From Octopus sinensis (lineage: Eukaryota): a stretch of DNA of 64,000 bases. The position numbers and the translations under genes were made by a program. Under the pieces are notes generated by a model, which was given only the letters and a program-made list of their open reading frames with translations, was not told the DNA's origin and ran no database searches. Shown here in pieces: positions 37,433 to 50,135 of this stretch. Location of the stretch: positions 2,108,001-2,172,000 of the forward strand of contig NC_043011.1 of assembly GCF_006345805.1 (NCBI RefSeq), in the 5' to 3' direction. How positions within the stretch are numbered: the stretch's first letter is position 1; every line of letters begins with the position of its first letter.

Positions 37433-38414
37433 TTATTTAGAGATAGTAGTCCCCTTCATCCCACCATATAAAAGAATTTTAATTTTAATTTAATACTTAC
37501 TACTCATTTCTCCGCTACACATGTTTCTTGAGGTTCTTTTACGGTTCCTTATGTTTTTCAGGAACCTTTCTTAAAATGCAACCCCAATCATCAGGCCTCT
37601 AAATAACTTTATCATAGTTCGATACCAAATACTATATTTTAATTTTAACATATAAGTATGTGTATGTGTAAATAGGTTCGCTGGACCTTACTGTGCAAGC
37701 CATAATTTAATTCAAATAAAAAATAACAAATAAAAAAAATACGAATAAAAAATAAAAATTAAAAAACACGAATGAAAAATAAAAATTTACAAAAACTAAA
37801 TTCTAACGTAACTTATGTCTGTAAACATTCATATAAAATTAATAATATGTAGGGATAAAAATAAAATATATACTTGAGATGATATAATAATAAAAGCAAT
37901 GACAAATAAATATATTCGAATAAAAATGAAAGCAATGACAAATATTTTCAAATAAAAACTATAGTATGAATGACAAAAGGCAAAAAGAAAATTTACAAAT
38001 GATTCGAATGATAAAAATTAAAAATTAAAAATTTACAGAGTAAAAATAACTTAAGGGTAATGTAAAAGAAATATAAAAAATATGTACAAACTACTGTTGA
38101 CTACCATTGTCCTACTATGTATTAATTTCGGCTTGATGTCACAAGGTTCGGCAAACAACTACACTCCCAATTTTACACATACTTATATGTTAAAATTAAA
38201 ATATAGTATTTGGTATAGAACTATGATAAAGTTATTTAGAGGCCTGATGATTGGGGTTACATTTAAAGAAAGGTTCCTGTAAAACACTGTGTGCTTAAGG
38301 AATGGTAAAAGAACCTCAGGAAACGCGTGTAAGCTGAGAAATGAGTAGTAAGTATTAAATTAAATTAAAATTCTTTTATATGGTGGGATGAAGGGGACTA
38401 CTATCTCTAAATAA
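37433..38414. mobile_element. 1-kb non-autonomous element with 230-240-bp terminal inverted repeats (foldback/MULE-like)
   Basis: 37433-37664 is the inverted copy of 38174-38414 (ttatttagagatagtagtccccttcatcccacc...); AT-rich non-coding interior. Confidence 0.8.
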
Positions 38415-38516
38415 AATATATATTTCGTTATTGAACCCCTGTGATGCTGGAATTTTTATTCCCTAATATAATAATTCCCTAATTTAATAATTGAAATAAA
38501 ATTATATATATATATA

Positions 38517-38680
38517 GGCACAGGAGTGGCTGTGTGGTAAGTTGCTTACCAACCACATGGTTCCAGGTTCAGTCCCACTGACTATAGCCTCAGGCCAAAC
38601 AAAGCCTTGTGAGTGGATTTGGTTGACAGAAACTGAAAGAAGCCCATCGCATATATATATGTATATATGTATATGTCAAT
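38517..38680 (+). mobile_element. SINE family A, deleted and 3'-truncated
   Basis: ggcacaggagtggctgtgtgg head through gaaagaagccc and TA repeat. Confidence 0.8.
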
Positions 38681-38789
38681 GCAATTGAAACAGTTGTTAG
38701 ATTTTTAAGGTGTGATCTAAAATAAAGATATGATTTTCTTTGCACATATTATTCGTTGTTATACATAAATGTAGATATATAGATGACTG

Positions 38790-39015
38790 CTTACTTTTAG
38801 CGGCTCAACCTTTTTGAAGTAAGGCGTCTTCTTCCACAACATATTTCCTTGACCTTAGTTTGTCTTTGAGGCTGGTGTCACCTTCCTAGAAATGTCTGAA
38901 CCAGTTTTGTACCATCTGTTTGTTAACAGTTCCTGGCCTTTCTACATCATTAATTTCTGTTGTTGCTGCTCTTACACTCAATCCTTTTTCCACAGCTAGT
39001 TCAAAATGGGTCTAT
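38790..39015 (-). mobile_element. Mariner transposase N-terminal HTH remnant
   Basis: FELAVEKGLSVRAATTEINDVERPGTVNKQMVQNWFRHF*EGDTSLKDKLRSRK matches mariner ..GTV....V..WF.RF..GD.SL.D..RSGRP. Confidence 0.75.
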
Positions 39016-39159
39016 TTAAAAATTTTTTCACTACTTATTTATCATCAAAGCTGTAAAATAAAGAACGAAAAATTAATGTTTATATGCTATATATGAAAAT
39101 AAAAAATAAACAGTTCACCAACGATTGGACAACATTTTGTATAAAGTTAAAGAAATAAA

Positions 39160-39520
39160 TCAAAACCAAAATCGATCAACATCAATGGAAATTGCAGCTG
39201 TGATACCAGTGCCGGTGGTACGTAAGAGAGCCATCCAAACGTGGCCGTTGCCAGCGTCACCCCAACTGGCCTCGTGCCGGTGGCACGTAAAAAGCATCAT
39301 CCAATCGTGGCCGTTTGCCAGCCTCGTCTGGCACCTGTGCCGGTGGCACGTAAAGGTACCCACTACATTCACGGAGTGGTTGGCGTTAGGAAGGGCATCC
39401 AGCTGTAGAAACACTGCCAGATCAGACTGGAGCCTGGTGCAGCCTTCTGGATTCCCAGACCTCAGTTGAACCGTCCAACCCATGCTAGCATGGAAAGCAG
39501 ATGTTAAATGATGATGATGA
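39160..39520 (+). mobile_element. RTE 3'-UTR family copy, followed by a second (GAT)n tail at 39538-39558
   Basis: Family sequence and tail. Confidence 0.85.
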
Positions 39521-39833
39521 GAAGACATGTCAAGCTAAACGATGATGATGATGATGATGAACATGGGGATAAAAGTTGTTAAAAATCACCAGTGAAAAAT
39601 TTGCAAAATATTTTTGACTCAACCTGGTATAGATGGAAAAGTCTCTAAGAAATATATTTATGCCATAATACATATTTATCAACCTTGGAGATAACCATTT
39701 CATTATGTATGTGTGTATGCAGAGAGAGAGAGATATAGAAAGTGAGAGAGAGCAGGCACTTTTCTCCCTGTTTAATATTCCAGAATATTCTAGCAGGCAT
39801 TTAGTGTTTTATGAAACTGATTATTAACTGAAT

Positions 39834-40153
39834 AGCTCATACCTTGTTATATTAAAAGAAATTGTGGAGGAGTATGGTCTAGTGATTAGGGTGATGGAAT
39901 CATGATAATAAGATTGTGGTTTCAATTCCTGGACTTGGTGATGCATTGGATTCTTGAGAAAAAACATTTCATTTCATGTTGCTCCAATCCAGTCAGCAGA
40001 CAAATCTGAGTAATGTTGTGGTGGATGAGTTTCCTGTCCAAGAGAAAAAATACATGCATCACAAAAACTAGGAAACTTGGGAAGGATCTTTTTCTTATTA
40101 TCCTATATCAAAAAATTTGGAACAAATAGGATAATATTGCTGTTGATACTTAG
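39834..40153 (+). repeat. 320-bp segment (old SINE plus flanks) with an inverted copy at 48136-48454
   Basis: Collinear inverted match including sequence on both sides of the SINE head and body. Confidence 0.8.
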
Positions 40154-40893
40154 TCTTAATATAATATTGAATATTCATTAATAGTAAACCTTTGATTTTA
40201 AGTTTGCTCTCTCAAGAGTGATCTGAGGCTATATAAGAGAAAAAAACTTCTTATAAACTGAGGCAGTTACAGCTCCCCAACAATCTTCTTGAAGTTATTA
40301 TATCTACCAACTGTATCTGTATCTGTATTATATCTTGTATTGTCACTGGTATAATATTGAAACTGTAGCATTTTAGTTTTGTCACACAAATATCTGAAAT
40401 GTTTGAATTCAGAATTGTAAATTGCACAACACAAGAACTATGATCTGTATACTTTAGACATATATTATTTGAAGTCCATGATAATCAATAGTTTTGTCCT
40501 GAAATAACTGAAGTTTAAAATTTTTTATCCTATAAATATTGAAGAATAAAGATTCATATAAATTCAAACTACTTGAGTAGAAAGTGATGATTCTTATGAA
40601 AATTCCTACACCTTGATGTTGGTTCTAAAATTTGATTTGCTACTTTGAGATAGTATTGAGCTTTGATCTATTGACAAATGATCTTTCAGAATAAAAGTAA
40701 TTGTCTTCCGTATAGATATTGAAACTATTTTAAAAGACTGATTTTGTTTATTTAATTTTCCTTGTGGAAAAAGAAACAACTGAAAAGAAGATAAGATGGT
40801 GGATATGGTTAATTGTTCTGGTGTTGGATCTTGGAATGCGATATATCACTCTGATAGCTACTTGTAGGGTAACTATATATAGACGTTGGTTTA

Positions 40894-41308
40894 TCTTTAT
40901 ATATAAAAGTGAGGTTGTGTGCTGTCTGTCTCCTACGATTTAGATTCCTAACTACTCCCACATTTTGCGGTGCAGTTTAACCAAAATAAAATAAAATATA
41001 TACTTGAGATGATATAATAATAAAAGCAATGACATTAGCGCAATGGTATTAGCGCACGTCTATGATGAGTCTACGATTTAAAAAAAAATTTACCATCAAT
41101 TTTTCCCATTTTTAATGCATTTTTGGCATATATAAGGGAAGTAACTCTCTAAAAGTTTATTATTAAATCTCAGAACGTAAAAAGCTACAGTAACACCCCC
41201 CCCTTTGTGGTTAGCCATATTGAGATGGCTATTATACTTTATATCTCTAAAAATGCTTATATAGTTATTTCCCTTACAAACCCGAACAACGCCGGGCGAT
41301 ACTGCTAG
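40894..41308 (+). mobile_element. Non-autonomous Helitron
   Basis: A|TCtttatatataaaag start; cccgaacaacgccgggcgatactgCTAG|T end. Confidence 0.8.
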
Positions 41309-42627
41309 TTCTTAATATTTTAAATCTATTGGATAACTAATATTTGGTTGTGTCAAGAACATTTCCAACATACATTCTATACTTTAAAATGTCATCTCCA
41401 GACTGAATAAAATAGTAGAGATTTTGTTCAGGAAATTTTGATACAGTGTCTGGCAACAACATAAAAATAAGATTGCTGGAACCATTAATGAAATAAAGAT
41501 CTCCAAGTCCAACTGTAGTCCAAGCATGTGTACATACCGTATATGTCATTTGACTACAAATGATGATCAAACCAGTAAAACAGAATATTTGCAATTAGCA
41601 TCTTGTCTCTTCTTTAGCTTTCACTATATGCAAATGAATTGAAGTGTTATTGTCTACATGATAAACCTATTAGAAATTGTAATGGTGTTTGAATTCAAAT
41701 AAAAATCAATACTTCTATCTTAGCTTTGTTTAGAAAGTTTTTGCATTACTGGAATATGTTGCATTACTGGAATATGTAATCCCTGTGATAATCTATTGGC
41801 ATAAGAAGCCATTCCTTGCAGTTTTTTGTCTAGCATGTAATCTTACTATTAGCTACTTAGATTTTTCTGTTTTTTGTTAGACTCCTTTCATAGCAAAAAA
41901 AAAGCTTGGATAACTTTTAGATATATAAAATATTATAGATATAGTTAGAAAAAATAAATATTTAGTAGAAATATAGGGTACTTTTTCTCCTTTTTTTTAT
42001 TGCTAAATCTGGAGTAATGGACAATGTATATGACCTTGATGCTGTTAAAATTTGGTTGAAACTTTTGTAAGTTAACAACTGCAGGAAAGACACGAGCAGG
42101 GAGAATTGAATATGCTCTGATATATACACTAATATATTACTGGTATTTGGGGAGAGTCATTCTCTTTTAGTGCCTTATTATTTAACACACTCACTGGTAA
42201 AATTTCCACTTATTCCTTATTTTTATTTTCTGAAATTTTTACTGGTATCTATTCTAAAGAAATTCCAGTGGTATTTGAAAGCAGTGAAAGAGAGAGGGGG
42301 AGAGGGAAAGAAAGAGAGAGAGAGAGGTTGAGGTGCAAAATTATGTAAATATTTATTACAGAGAATAGTATAATTTTATTGCTATTAAGAATAATATTGT
42401 TACAAATTTGATTTCTGCAATCCCAAAACTATATTGCATTTTCTGTTTTTTTTTTGTATATATTTAGAAAATACTTTTTCTCTTCTCATTATTTCTATAT
42501 TTGAAGTTTTTATTCTAGATACTGTTGTTGTTGTTCTTTTTCTTCTTCCAATGCTTACTGCATTTCTTCTAGTTTATGCTCTGAGTTCAAATTCTGCAAT
42601 GATTGACTTTGCCTCTCATCCCTTCAG

Positions 42628-42931
42628 GATTTGTTCCTTCTCGAGCCATGCCTGGCTCATAAGGGCCGGTTTCCCAGTTTCTTGGAGTATAGGTTCCCCA
42701 CCTGGACAGGATGCCGGTCCGTCGCAGGTGAGCTGGAAGATGCAGGAGGAAAGAGTGAGAGAAAATTATGGCGAAAGAGTCAGCAGAAGTTCGCCATTAC
42801 CTTCTGCCGGAGCCGCGTGGAGCTTAGGTGTTTTCACTCATAAACACACACATTGCCCAGTCTGAGATTCGAACCTGCAATCTCTCGACTGTGAGTCTGC
42901 TGCTCTAACCACTGGGCCATGTGCCTCCACA
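42628..42931 (-). mobile_element. SINE family B, tail type 3, nested in an older SINE (about 42580-43040), 8-bp TSD
   Basis: Head gtggaggcacatggcccagtgg; TSD cccttcag at 42620-42627 and 42932-42939. Confidence 0.85.
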
Positions 42932-43509
42932 CCCTTCAGAATAGATAAAATAAATATCAATCAAATACTGAAACCAGTGTAACTCACAAGCCTCCTCCAC
43001 TAAAATTTCAGGCTAAGTGCCTATAGTTGAAAAGATTAATATTATTATTAGAATTATTTGGATTCATTCAGATTTGGTCTTATTCCTGGCAGAAGTTATG
43101 TAGGTAGCAGTTTACTACATGTAATCTTAGATATCCACAAGCTTTCAACAATCTTTCAAGTGCTCAAAACCCTTCTTATAATCTTCTCTGTTCTTAAGAA
43201 GCCAAATTTCTATACAAGCTCTACACGACCTCTACATGACATTTCATTCCAATCCTCTGCCATTTGTCTATATCATTACCCACAGTCCCCAATGCACCAG
43301 TTATTATTATTATTATTATTCTATGTTTGACTTTTGCTTTATGTCTGTACAAGTTGGCTCCAAGTCTCACCCAGAGACCTCAAGAGACAACAGGTTGGAA
43401 GTTCTGTGCCATATATTTGGGGGGGGGGTTAGTGTTGTGCTAGTAAATGTCTAATACATAAAAAAAAAAATTTTTTTTTTTTTTTTAAAAATAAAAAAAA
43501 AAGTTTGTT

Positions 43510-45875
43510 TTAAACCTTGGGATTACATAGAGAGTATTTTGCGTAGGATATGAGCAGTTCCTTGAGCACCATCTTTTGAATTTCTGCCATTTTGGGGTTT
43601 CCTGGTATCTGAGTTAGGTAGTAATCAGTCCCTTTCGCTATCATTCCCAGGGCACCTATGACAACAGGTATTGTTTTAGTCTTCAGCTTCCACATTTTGC
43701 TGATTTCTATTTCAAGATCTTTATATTTGCTCAGTTTTTGGTAGGTCTTGACAGATACATTTATATCGATTGGGACAGTCATATCAATGAGGAGGCATGT
43801 TCTTTGTCTGAAGTCTTTCAATATGATGTCTGGCCTATTTGCATCTATCTTTCTGTCAGTTTGAATGGTGAAGTTCCAGAGGAGTGAGATGTGGTCATTT
43901 TCTAGCACTGGAGGTGGATTGTGTTCCCACCAGTTTTTTTCATGGGGCAAATCCAGGTTTTTGCAAATTACCCAGTGAATATATTGTGCAGCTCTATCAT
44001 GCCTATTGAGGTACTCTGTAGGCGCTAGAAGACTGCATTTGGAGACAACATGATCAATGGTTTCATTTTGTTGTCGACATACACGACATGTTGGGCTGTT
44101 GCCGTTCTTTAATATGTTGGCCTGGTAGTTTCTTGTTGGTAGGCATTGATCTTGAGCTGCTATGATAAACCCCTCTGTTTCAGATTTTAAGCCAGAGGCC
44201 ATTAGCCATTGATGGGTCAGGGCTTTGTCGATATCTGCATTATTCGCTCTCTTTGGGTATTTGCCATAGAGAGGTTTTTCTTGCCATTTATTATTCAGAA
44301 TATCTAAGGCTGCAGTTTTGGCACGGGTTTTCATGCGCCTAGCTTTTTCTGTGCTTGTTTCTTGTATGTCTATCTCTAATTCCGAAATTGGTTGTATTCG
44401 AAATTCACTTAGATATTCCTTTGCGTGTTTTGTGACTGAGTATGATGCTTTCTTGTTTTCATGTTTTGAGACAAGTTTTAACATCCAGTCCTCAGAGTTT
44501 TTCAGGTAGGTGTCTAGGCCAATTGTAACAATCTTCATTGTTATTGCCAGTTGCAAAAGACCACGGCCTCCCTCTTTTCTTGGCAGATAGAGTCGTTCTG
44601 TATCTGCCTTAGGGTGGTGCATTCTATGCATTGTCAACAGTTTCCTTATTTTTCTGTCGAGCTGACATATTTCAGTAATTGACCAGTTAACAATATTGAA
44701 ACTGTAAGTCACGACTGGTATGGCTAATGCATTGATCGCTTCGATCCTGTTTCTTGCATTCAGCTCTGTCTTGAGTATTGCTCTCACTCTTCGATAGCAT
44801 TCTCTCCTGATCCTTTCCTTCATCTCTGAATGCCTTATTCCGTTCCCTTCAATTACCCCTAGGTACTTGTAGCTCTCCGCTGGGTCTAGTTCTTTTATGA
44901 CATTCTGCTGATCAAGGTTAACGTTAGATGTTTCTGTCATTTTTCCTTTGATAAAGGTAGCTTTTGCACATTTATCGAGGCCGAATTGCATTCTGATGTC
45001 GTCACTGAATTGTTTGACTATCGCTAGTAAGCCCTTGAGTTGTTGGTCATTTTTTGCAAAAAGCTTTAAATCATCCATGTAAATAAGATGATTTATATTT
45101 TTATCAAACATTTTATACTCGTACTGCGCGTCATTGAGCAGCTTTGAGAGAGGTATTAAGGATAAACAAAAGAGGAGTGGTGACAGTGAGTCACCCTGGA
45201 AAATGCCACACGAAATTTTTACATCACCAGCATTTAGGGATTCATTGTCACTGTTCAGAGTTAGTGTGGTTCTCCATGATCTCATACTTACAGTCAAGAA
45301 GTTTCGCAGAGTAGGTTCTATTTTATACATTTCCAGGCATTTCCTAATCCAGCTATGTGGTAGGCTATCAAAAGCCTTTTTATAGTCTATCCAGGCTATT
45401 GATAAGTTTTTGTGTCGTTTGTGACAATCTTCTAAGATCATCTTATTGATGAGTAGTTGGTCTTTACAGCTGTAGGATCCACGTTTACATCCTTTCAGTT
45501 CATTAGGGAATATGCTGCTGTCTGTTAAAAAACTATAGGTATATTCCGTCAGGACAGATGTTAGTGTTTTGTACATAGTTGTTAAGCAGGTTATGGGTCT
45601 ATAGTTTTTTGGTTCATTTGTTTCTTCACTTTTTGGAAGCAGGAATGTTAACCCATTAACTAGCCAAGGAGGCATCCTACTAGGGTGTTGCAAAACATCA
45701 TTGTACAGTTCTGTTAGCAGTTCATGGCTCTCTGGGAAGGCATTCAGCCAGAAGTTAGGAATTTTATCCTTTCCTGGAGGCTTCCATTTGCTTGACCTCC
45801 TGAGAGCAGATCTTATATCTCCTACCTTGACACCCTCCCACTTTTGCTCTTCTAAGGGGTCCAGTTCTGTAGATA
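43510..45875 (-). CDS. RT-RLE coding segment of the Dong/R4 element
   Basis: 727-aa listed ORF; the frame extends upstream to about 45875 (STELDPLEEQKWEGVKVGDIRSALRRSSKWKPPGKDKIPNFWL); a 1-nt loss near 43560 replaces the GTAHILRKILSM* terminus. Confidence 0.85.
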
Positions 45876-47330
45876 ATCCAGGGGGCCTTTTCGTTGTGTG
45901 TTTTTTCTTCTGCCCATATTTTATTCCAAAATCCCTGCACTTCTTCTTTTGATGGTACAGACCTTGCAGTAAACGCTGTTTTTCCTATCTTCCTGTAAAA
46001 ATTTTTGATGTTATTTTTGAACATGTTGTCCTTGAAAAATCTAACACGCCTTTCATACCTCGCTATGCGGGCAGCTTTGACAGATACCTTTTGTTTGATG
46101 GTTTCTATGGTGGCATCAATATCAAGTATAGTTTTCATATTGTATTTTTTCAGTAATTTTTGGGTTTTTGTAGGTTTGGTAGTCTTGTGAGCCTTAAGGT
46201 TTTTCAAATATTCAATGTCAGATCTAAATATTTTAATTTGTTGTTGCAGACGCTCTTGCCAAGAAGGCTTTTTGTGGGAATGTTGCTGTTTTCTAATCTT
46301 TACACCACATAGGATCGTTGAGATTTTCGCGGATGCATAGTATAGGTGGTTGAGGTTTGTGATATCAACATCATTAGCTGAAATTATATCCTTAAGTGCA
46401 AGCCGGATTTTACCAATTATTTTCATGTTTTGGTTAGAGTTGCGGATTTTAGGAAGTGTATCACGTTCATCTATGCTGGTTTCTTTAATTTTCAGCCATT
46501 CAATCATGATTTGATTTTTTAGCTCATGTAGTTCTGTTGGGTCAATATTTGTGTGACTTTCTTTATCTATTTGATGCTCATCTGTCTTAGTGTTTATGAT
46601 TGGTTCAGGGAGTATTTCACTTTGCCTATCACTTATACTAACTCTTTCAATCCTCACTTCGTTTTTATCAGCCCTGGGCTGGTCTATAATTATTTCCTCT
46701 GTATTATCTTCTCTAGCTGCAGCTTCGTTCATTTTATCCGATATTGCTTGTCTAACTTGATCAATCTCTACTTCAGTCAGTAATTTCTTTTTTATAATGT
46801 TTCTTCTGACGTTGGCAAGTTTGTTACTGTCTATGTAGGGTCTTTCTTTAGGGTGTTTCTGTCTCCAGTTTAAGTATGCTTGTACAGTGTTAGATTTATC
46901 TGTGGGGAAATATATGGCATGGTAGAAGGCCTCAAGAACTTCTTTATTATCTTCCTAGACCATTTTTCCTTCTTTTTCTTTTGATTATTTGGTGATGAGC
47001 ATGGATGGCCATCTGTTGGAATATTCCGGTTGTGGGGTACGTCCAGCTCTTGTGTGTTGGGAAGATTCGATCCAGTAGCTGATTTTTCAATCAGAATTTG
47101 GTTCAATTTTCGGGTACGTGGTCTTTTGTAATCCGCGCAACGACCAATGCAGTTTATTGTTTGATTTGTTGACCTTGAAGCATGACGAGCTTCCATTCTT
47201 ATATTAGGAGATGGATCTGTCAGTTTAGGGTTCACTACATGTAAGCATTGCTCATAGCGCCGCTTCTTAAGACTAGCAGATCTATATTCATCTGTATTTT
47301 TTTTGTTGATAGTTTTATCTCCGAACATTT
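45876..47330 (-). pseudogene. N-terminal coding segment of the Dong/R4 element, frameshifted
   Basis: KWSR(fs)DNKEVLEAFYHAIYFP...NKLANVRRNIIKKKLLTEVEI then the 322-aa ORF (PSWQERLQQQI, ARIARYERR); shifts near 46955 and 45875. Confidence 0.75.
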
Positions 47331-48083
47331 TTTTTCTCCTCTTCCTTTCTTCAAGGCTCACTCTGCCTGTATTAGTTCGAAATAATGAGAATAAAATACG
47401 GAGAAGGAAAAGAAAAGAAAGGGAAAAAGACGGGATCTATCAGTTATTATTGTTATTACTATCACCTTCACCACCATCACCATTATCAGCAACATCACCA
47501 TCACCATCATCATCATCAATGACATTGTTTTATGTGTAGCCACAGCCACTATCAACACTCCTACTGTCATTGTGTGGGAGAATGGTTGGTTAAAGAATTC
47601 ATGTTCTTTGGGTCTATAAATAGATTCGGCCGATGGTGGAGACAAAGGACGTTAATGGTCAGTAAAAGGTCAAGCCTGTTTACATTTATTTATTTTATTT
47701 TATTTATTTTTTTTTTTTTCTTTCTCTTTTCTTCCTCTCCACAAACATATGTATATGTATATGTATACTCACTCACACATATTATCTGATATTTACGTTG
47801 ATGATTTTTTTTTAATAAAAAACTTTCTGAGTTCAATGTTATGTATATATTTTTTAAATTTCTGAATTTAGTTGTATGTATATATTAGTAGGTGCTTAAT
47901 TCCATAACTTTTATCGTGCATTTAATTGTGTTGTTACAATAAAAGGTAATTTAAAAGGCAATTTTACACATTCTTATAGTCATGAGAGACGACTAAATGT
48001 AAATGTTCACACAGAATTGGAGATATTTATGTTTCTAATTTTTCTTGTTATTATTATTATTATTATTATGTTTCTAATTTTTC

Positions 48084-48124
<41 letters not shown>

Positions 48125-48135
48125 TGTTTGGATTT

Positions 48136-48454
48136 CTAAGTATCAACAGCAATATTATCGTATTTGTTCCAAATTTTTTGATATAGAATAATAGGAAAAA
48201 GATCCTTCTCAAGTTTCCTAGTTTTTGCGATGCATGTATTTTTTTCTCCTGGACAGGAAACTCACCCACCACAACATTACTCAGATTTGTCTGCTGACTG
48301 GATTGGAGCAACATGAAATGAAATGTTTTTCTCAAGAACCCAATGCATCACCCAGTTCAGGAATTGAAACCACAATCTTATTATCATGATTCCAACACCC
48401 TAACCACTAAACCATACTCCTCCACAATTTTTTTAATATAACAAGGTATGAGCT
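48136..48454 (-). repeat. Inverted copy of 39834-40153
   Basis: ctaagtatcaacagcaatattatc...ccatactcctccacaatt..taatataacaaggtatgagct. Confidence 0.8.
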
Positions 48455-49162
48455 CGTAAAGTATACTAGCCATCTCAATATGGCTAACCACTAAGGGTGG
48501 GTGTTACTGTAGCTTTTAAACACGAAATCCAAACATGTAATAATAATAATAATAATAATAATAACTGATGCATTAGGGACCTCAAGAGACAACAAGTTAG
48601 AAGTTCAAGTCTGTATTATGTCTACGGTGGTTGATAACTGCCATGTTTTAGACTTTGTACAAAGAATATATCAAGAGAATGCTTGTCAAAACTTAAGAAA
48701 ATTAAAAGTTTTTTGAAAATAGTTTGCTGATAAGTTAACAGCGCGATTTTAAGTCGACAGTAAAAGTACATTTAAAAGTACTTTAGATATGTTCAGAGAT
48801 TAAAATGTTTTGGAATTACATCGTATTTTACGTGGATAGGAGCAGTTCCCATGAGTACAATTTTTTTATTATCATTATTATTATTATTATCATTGTTGTT
48901 GTTGTTGTTGTTATTATTGTGGCTTAGTGGTTGGGGTGTTATAGTCATAATCTAGCGATTGTGATTTCAGTTCCTAGACTGGGTGGTGTGTTGTGTTCTT
49001 GAGCAAAATACTTCATTTCATGTTGCCCTGTGATCCCTTCAACACCTGATGTGTTACGCAAACATTTGATCACTATAAACGAATCCTTTGTGCAGGCTGT
49101 TTGGCAAAAGCTGAACACTCATACATTGTCTTCGATGGGAGAGTCCATCATTATCATTTATA

Positions 49163-49620
49163 GGTACAGGCATGGGTGTGTGGTAAAATATTTGCTTCCC
49201 AGCCACATGGTTCTGGGTTCAGTCTCACTGAGTGGCAAGTGTGGAAAGCTTGGCAAGTGTCTTCTTCCATAGTCCAAGACCAATGAAAGCCTTGTGTGTG
49301 GATTTGGTTGATGGATACTAAAAAAAGTTTGTTGTATACAAACACATGCACACACACACACACACACACACACTGACACACACACACACAAATGGGGCTG
49401 TGCATCTGTGTCTCTGTGTTTGTCCCCCACCAGCTTGTGACAACCAGTGCTGGTTTGTTTATGTCCCCTTAAATTATGCCTCATTTAAAGAGACTGAATG
49501 AATATGTACCAGGCTTAAAAGATAAAAAAATTAGTAGAGTTAATCCTTTCAACTAAAACTCTTCTATCTGGTGCCCCAGCATGGCTGGCTGCAGTCCCAT
49601 GATTAAAGTAAGTAAAAAGT
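49163..49620 (+). mobile_element. Diverged SINE family A
   Basis: acaggcatgggtgtgtggt head, ttggcaagtgtctt, central CA repeat, ccccagcatggc tail region. Confidence 0.7.
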
Positions 49621-50135
49621 AGCAGAATTGTTAGCACATCGGACAAAATGCTTTGCACAATTTCTTCTGGTTCTTTGCAGTCTGAGTTCAAATGCCACTG
49701 GGCTCAACTTTACTTTTCATTCATTCAGAATTGGTAAAAAAAGTCGCATCAAATACTGAAAGGAAAGTGGAGTGTCAATGCTGGCCTCGTGCCAAAATTT
49801 GAAATTATTATCATTAAGGTGGTGAATGAAGGCAGCAAGCTTAGCAGCATTTTCTTCGTTTTTATGTTCTAGGTTCAAATTCCACTGCAGTCAACTTTGC
49901 CTTTCATTCTTTTGAGGTCAATAAATTAAGTACCAGTTGAACACTAGGGTTAATATATAATAGACTAGTCCCCTCCTTAAAATTTCAGCTCTGGTGCCTA
50001 TAGGAGAAAGGATTATTAAGGTGATGAGTGGCAGAATGGTTAGTACCTCAGAAAAAAATGCTTAGTGATATTTATTCTGGTTCTCAGTTCAAATTCTGAG
50101 TTCAAATACTAATAAGGTCAACTTTGCTTTTATTC
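49620..50135 (+). mobile_element. Cluster of about three decayed copies of an older SINE (gagttcaaat...caactttgcctttcat)
   Basis: Recurrent gcagaattgttagc / gttcaaattcc / gtcaactttgc motifs, also at 42580. Confidence 0.55.

Larger units (their letters stand above)
43301..47400 (-). mobile_element. Near-full-length R4/Dong-clade non-LTR retrotransposon (RT plus restriction-like endonuclease) with (TAA)n tail
   Basis: RT motifs GIFQGDSLSPLLFC and YMDD; CRVC..ETIDHVVSKC knuckle; RHD, RPDI, IDMTVP, KLSKY of RLE; tail at 43301-43320; 5' boundary approximate. Confidence 0.92.

Noticed and set aside
43459-43503. A/T homopolymer palindrome in the Dong 3' UTR as a structural element
   Set aside because: Low complexity and likely polishing artefact
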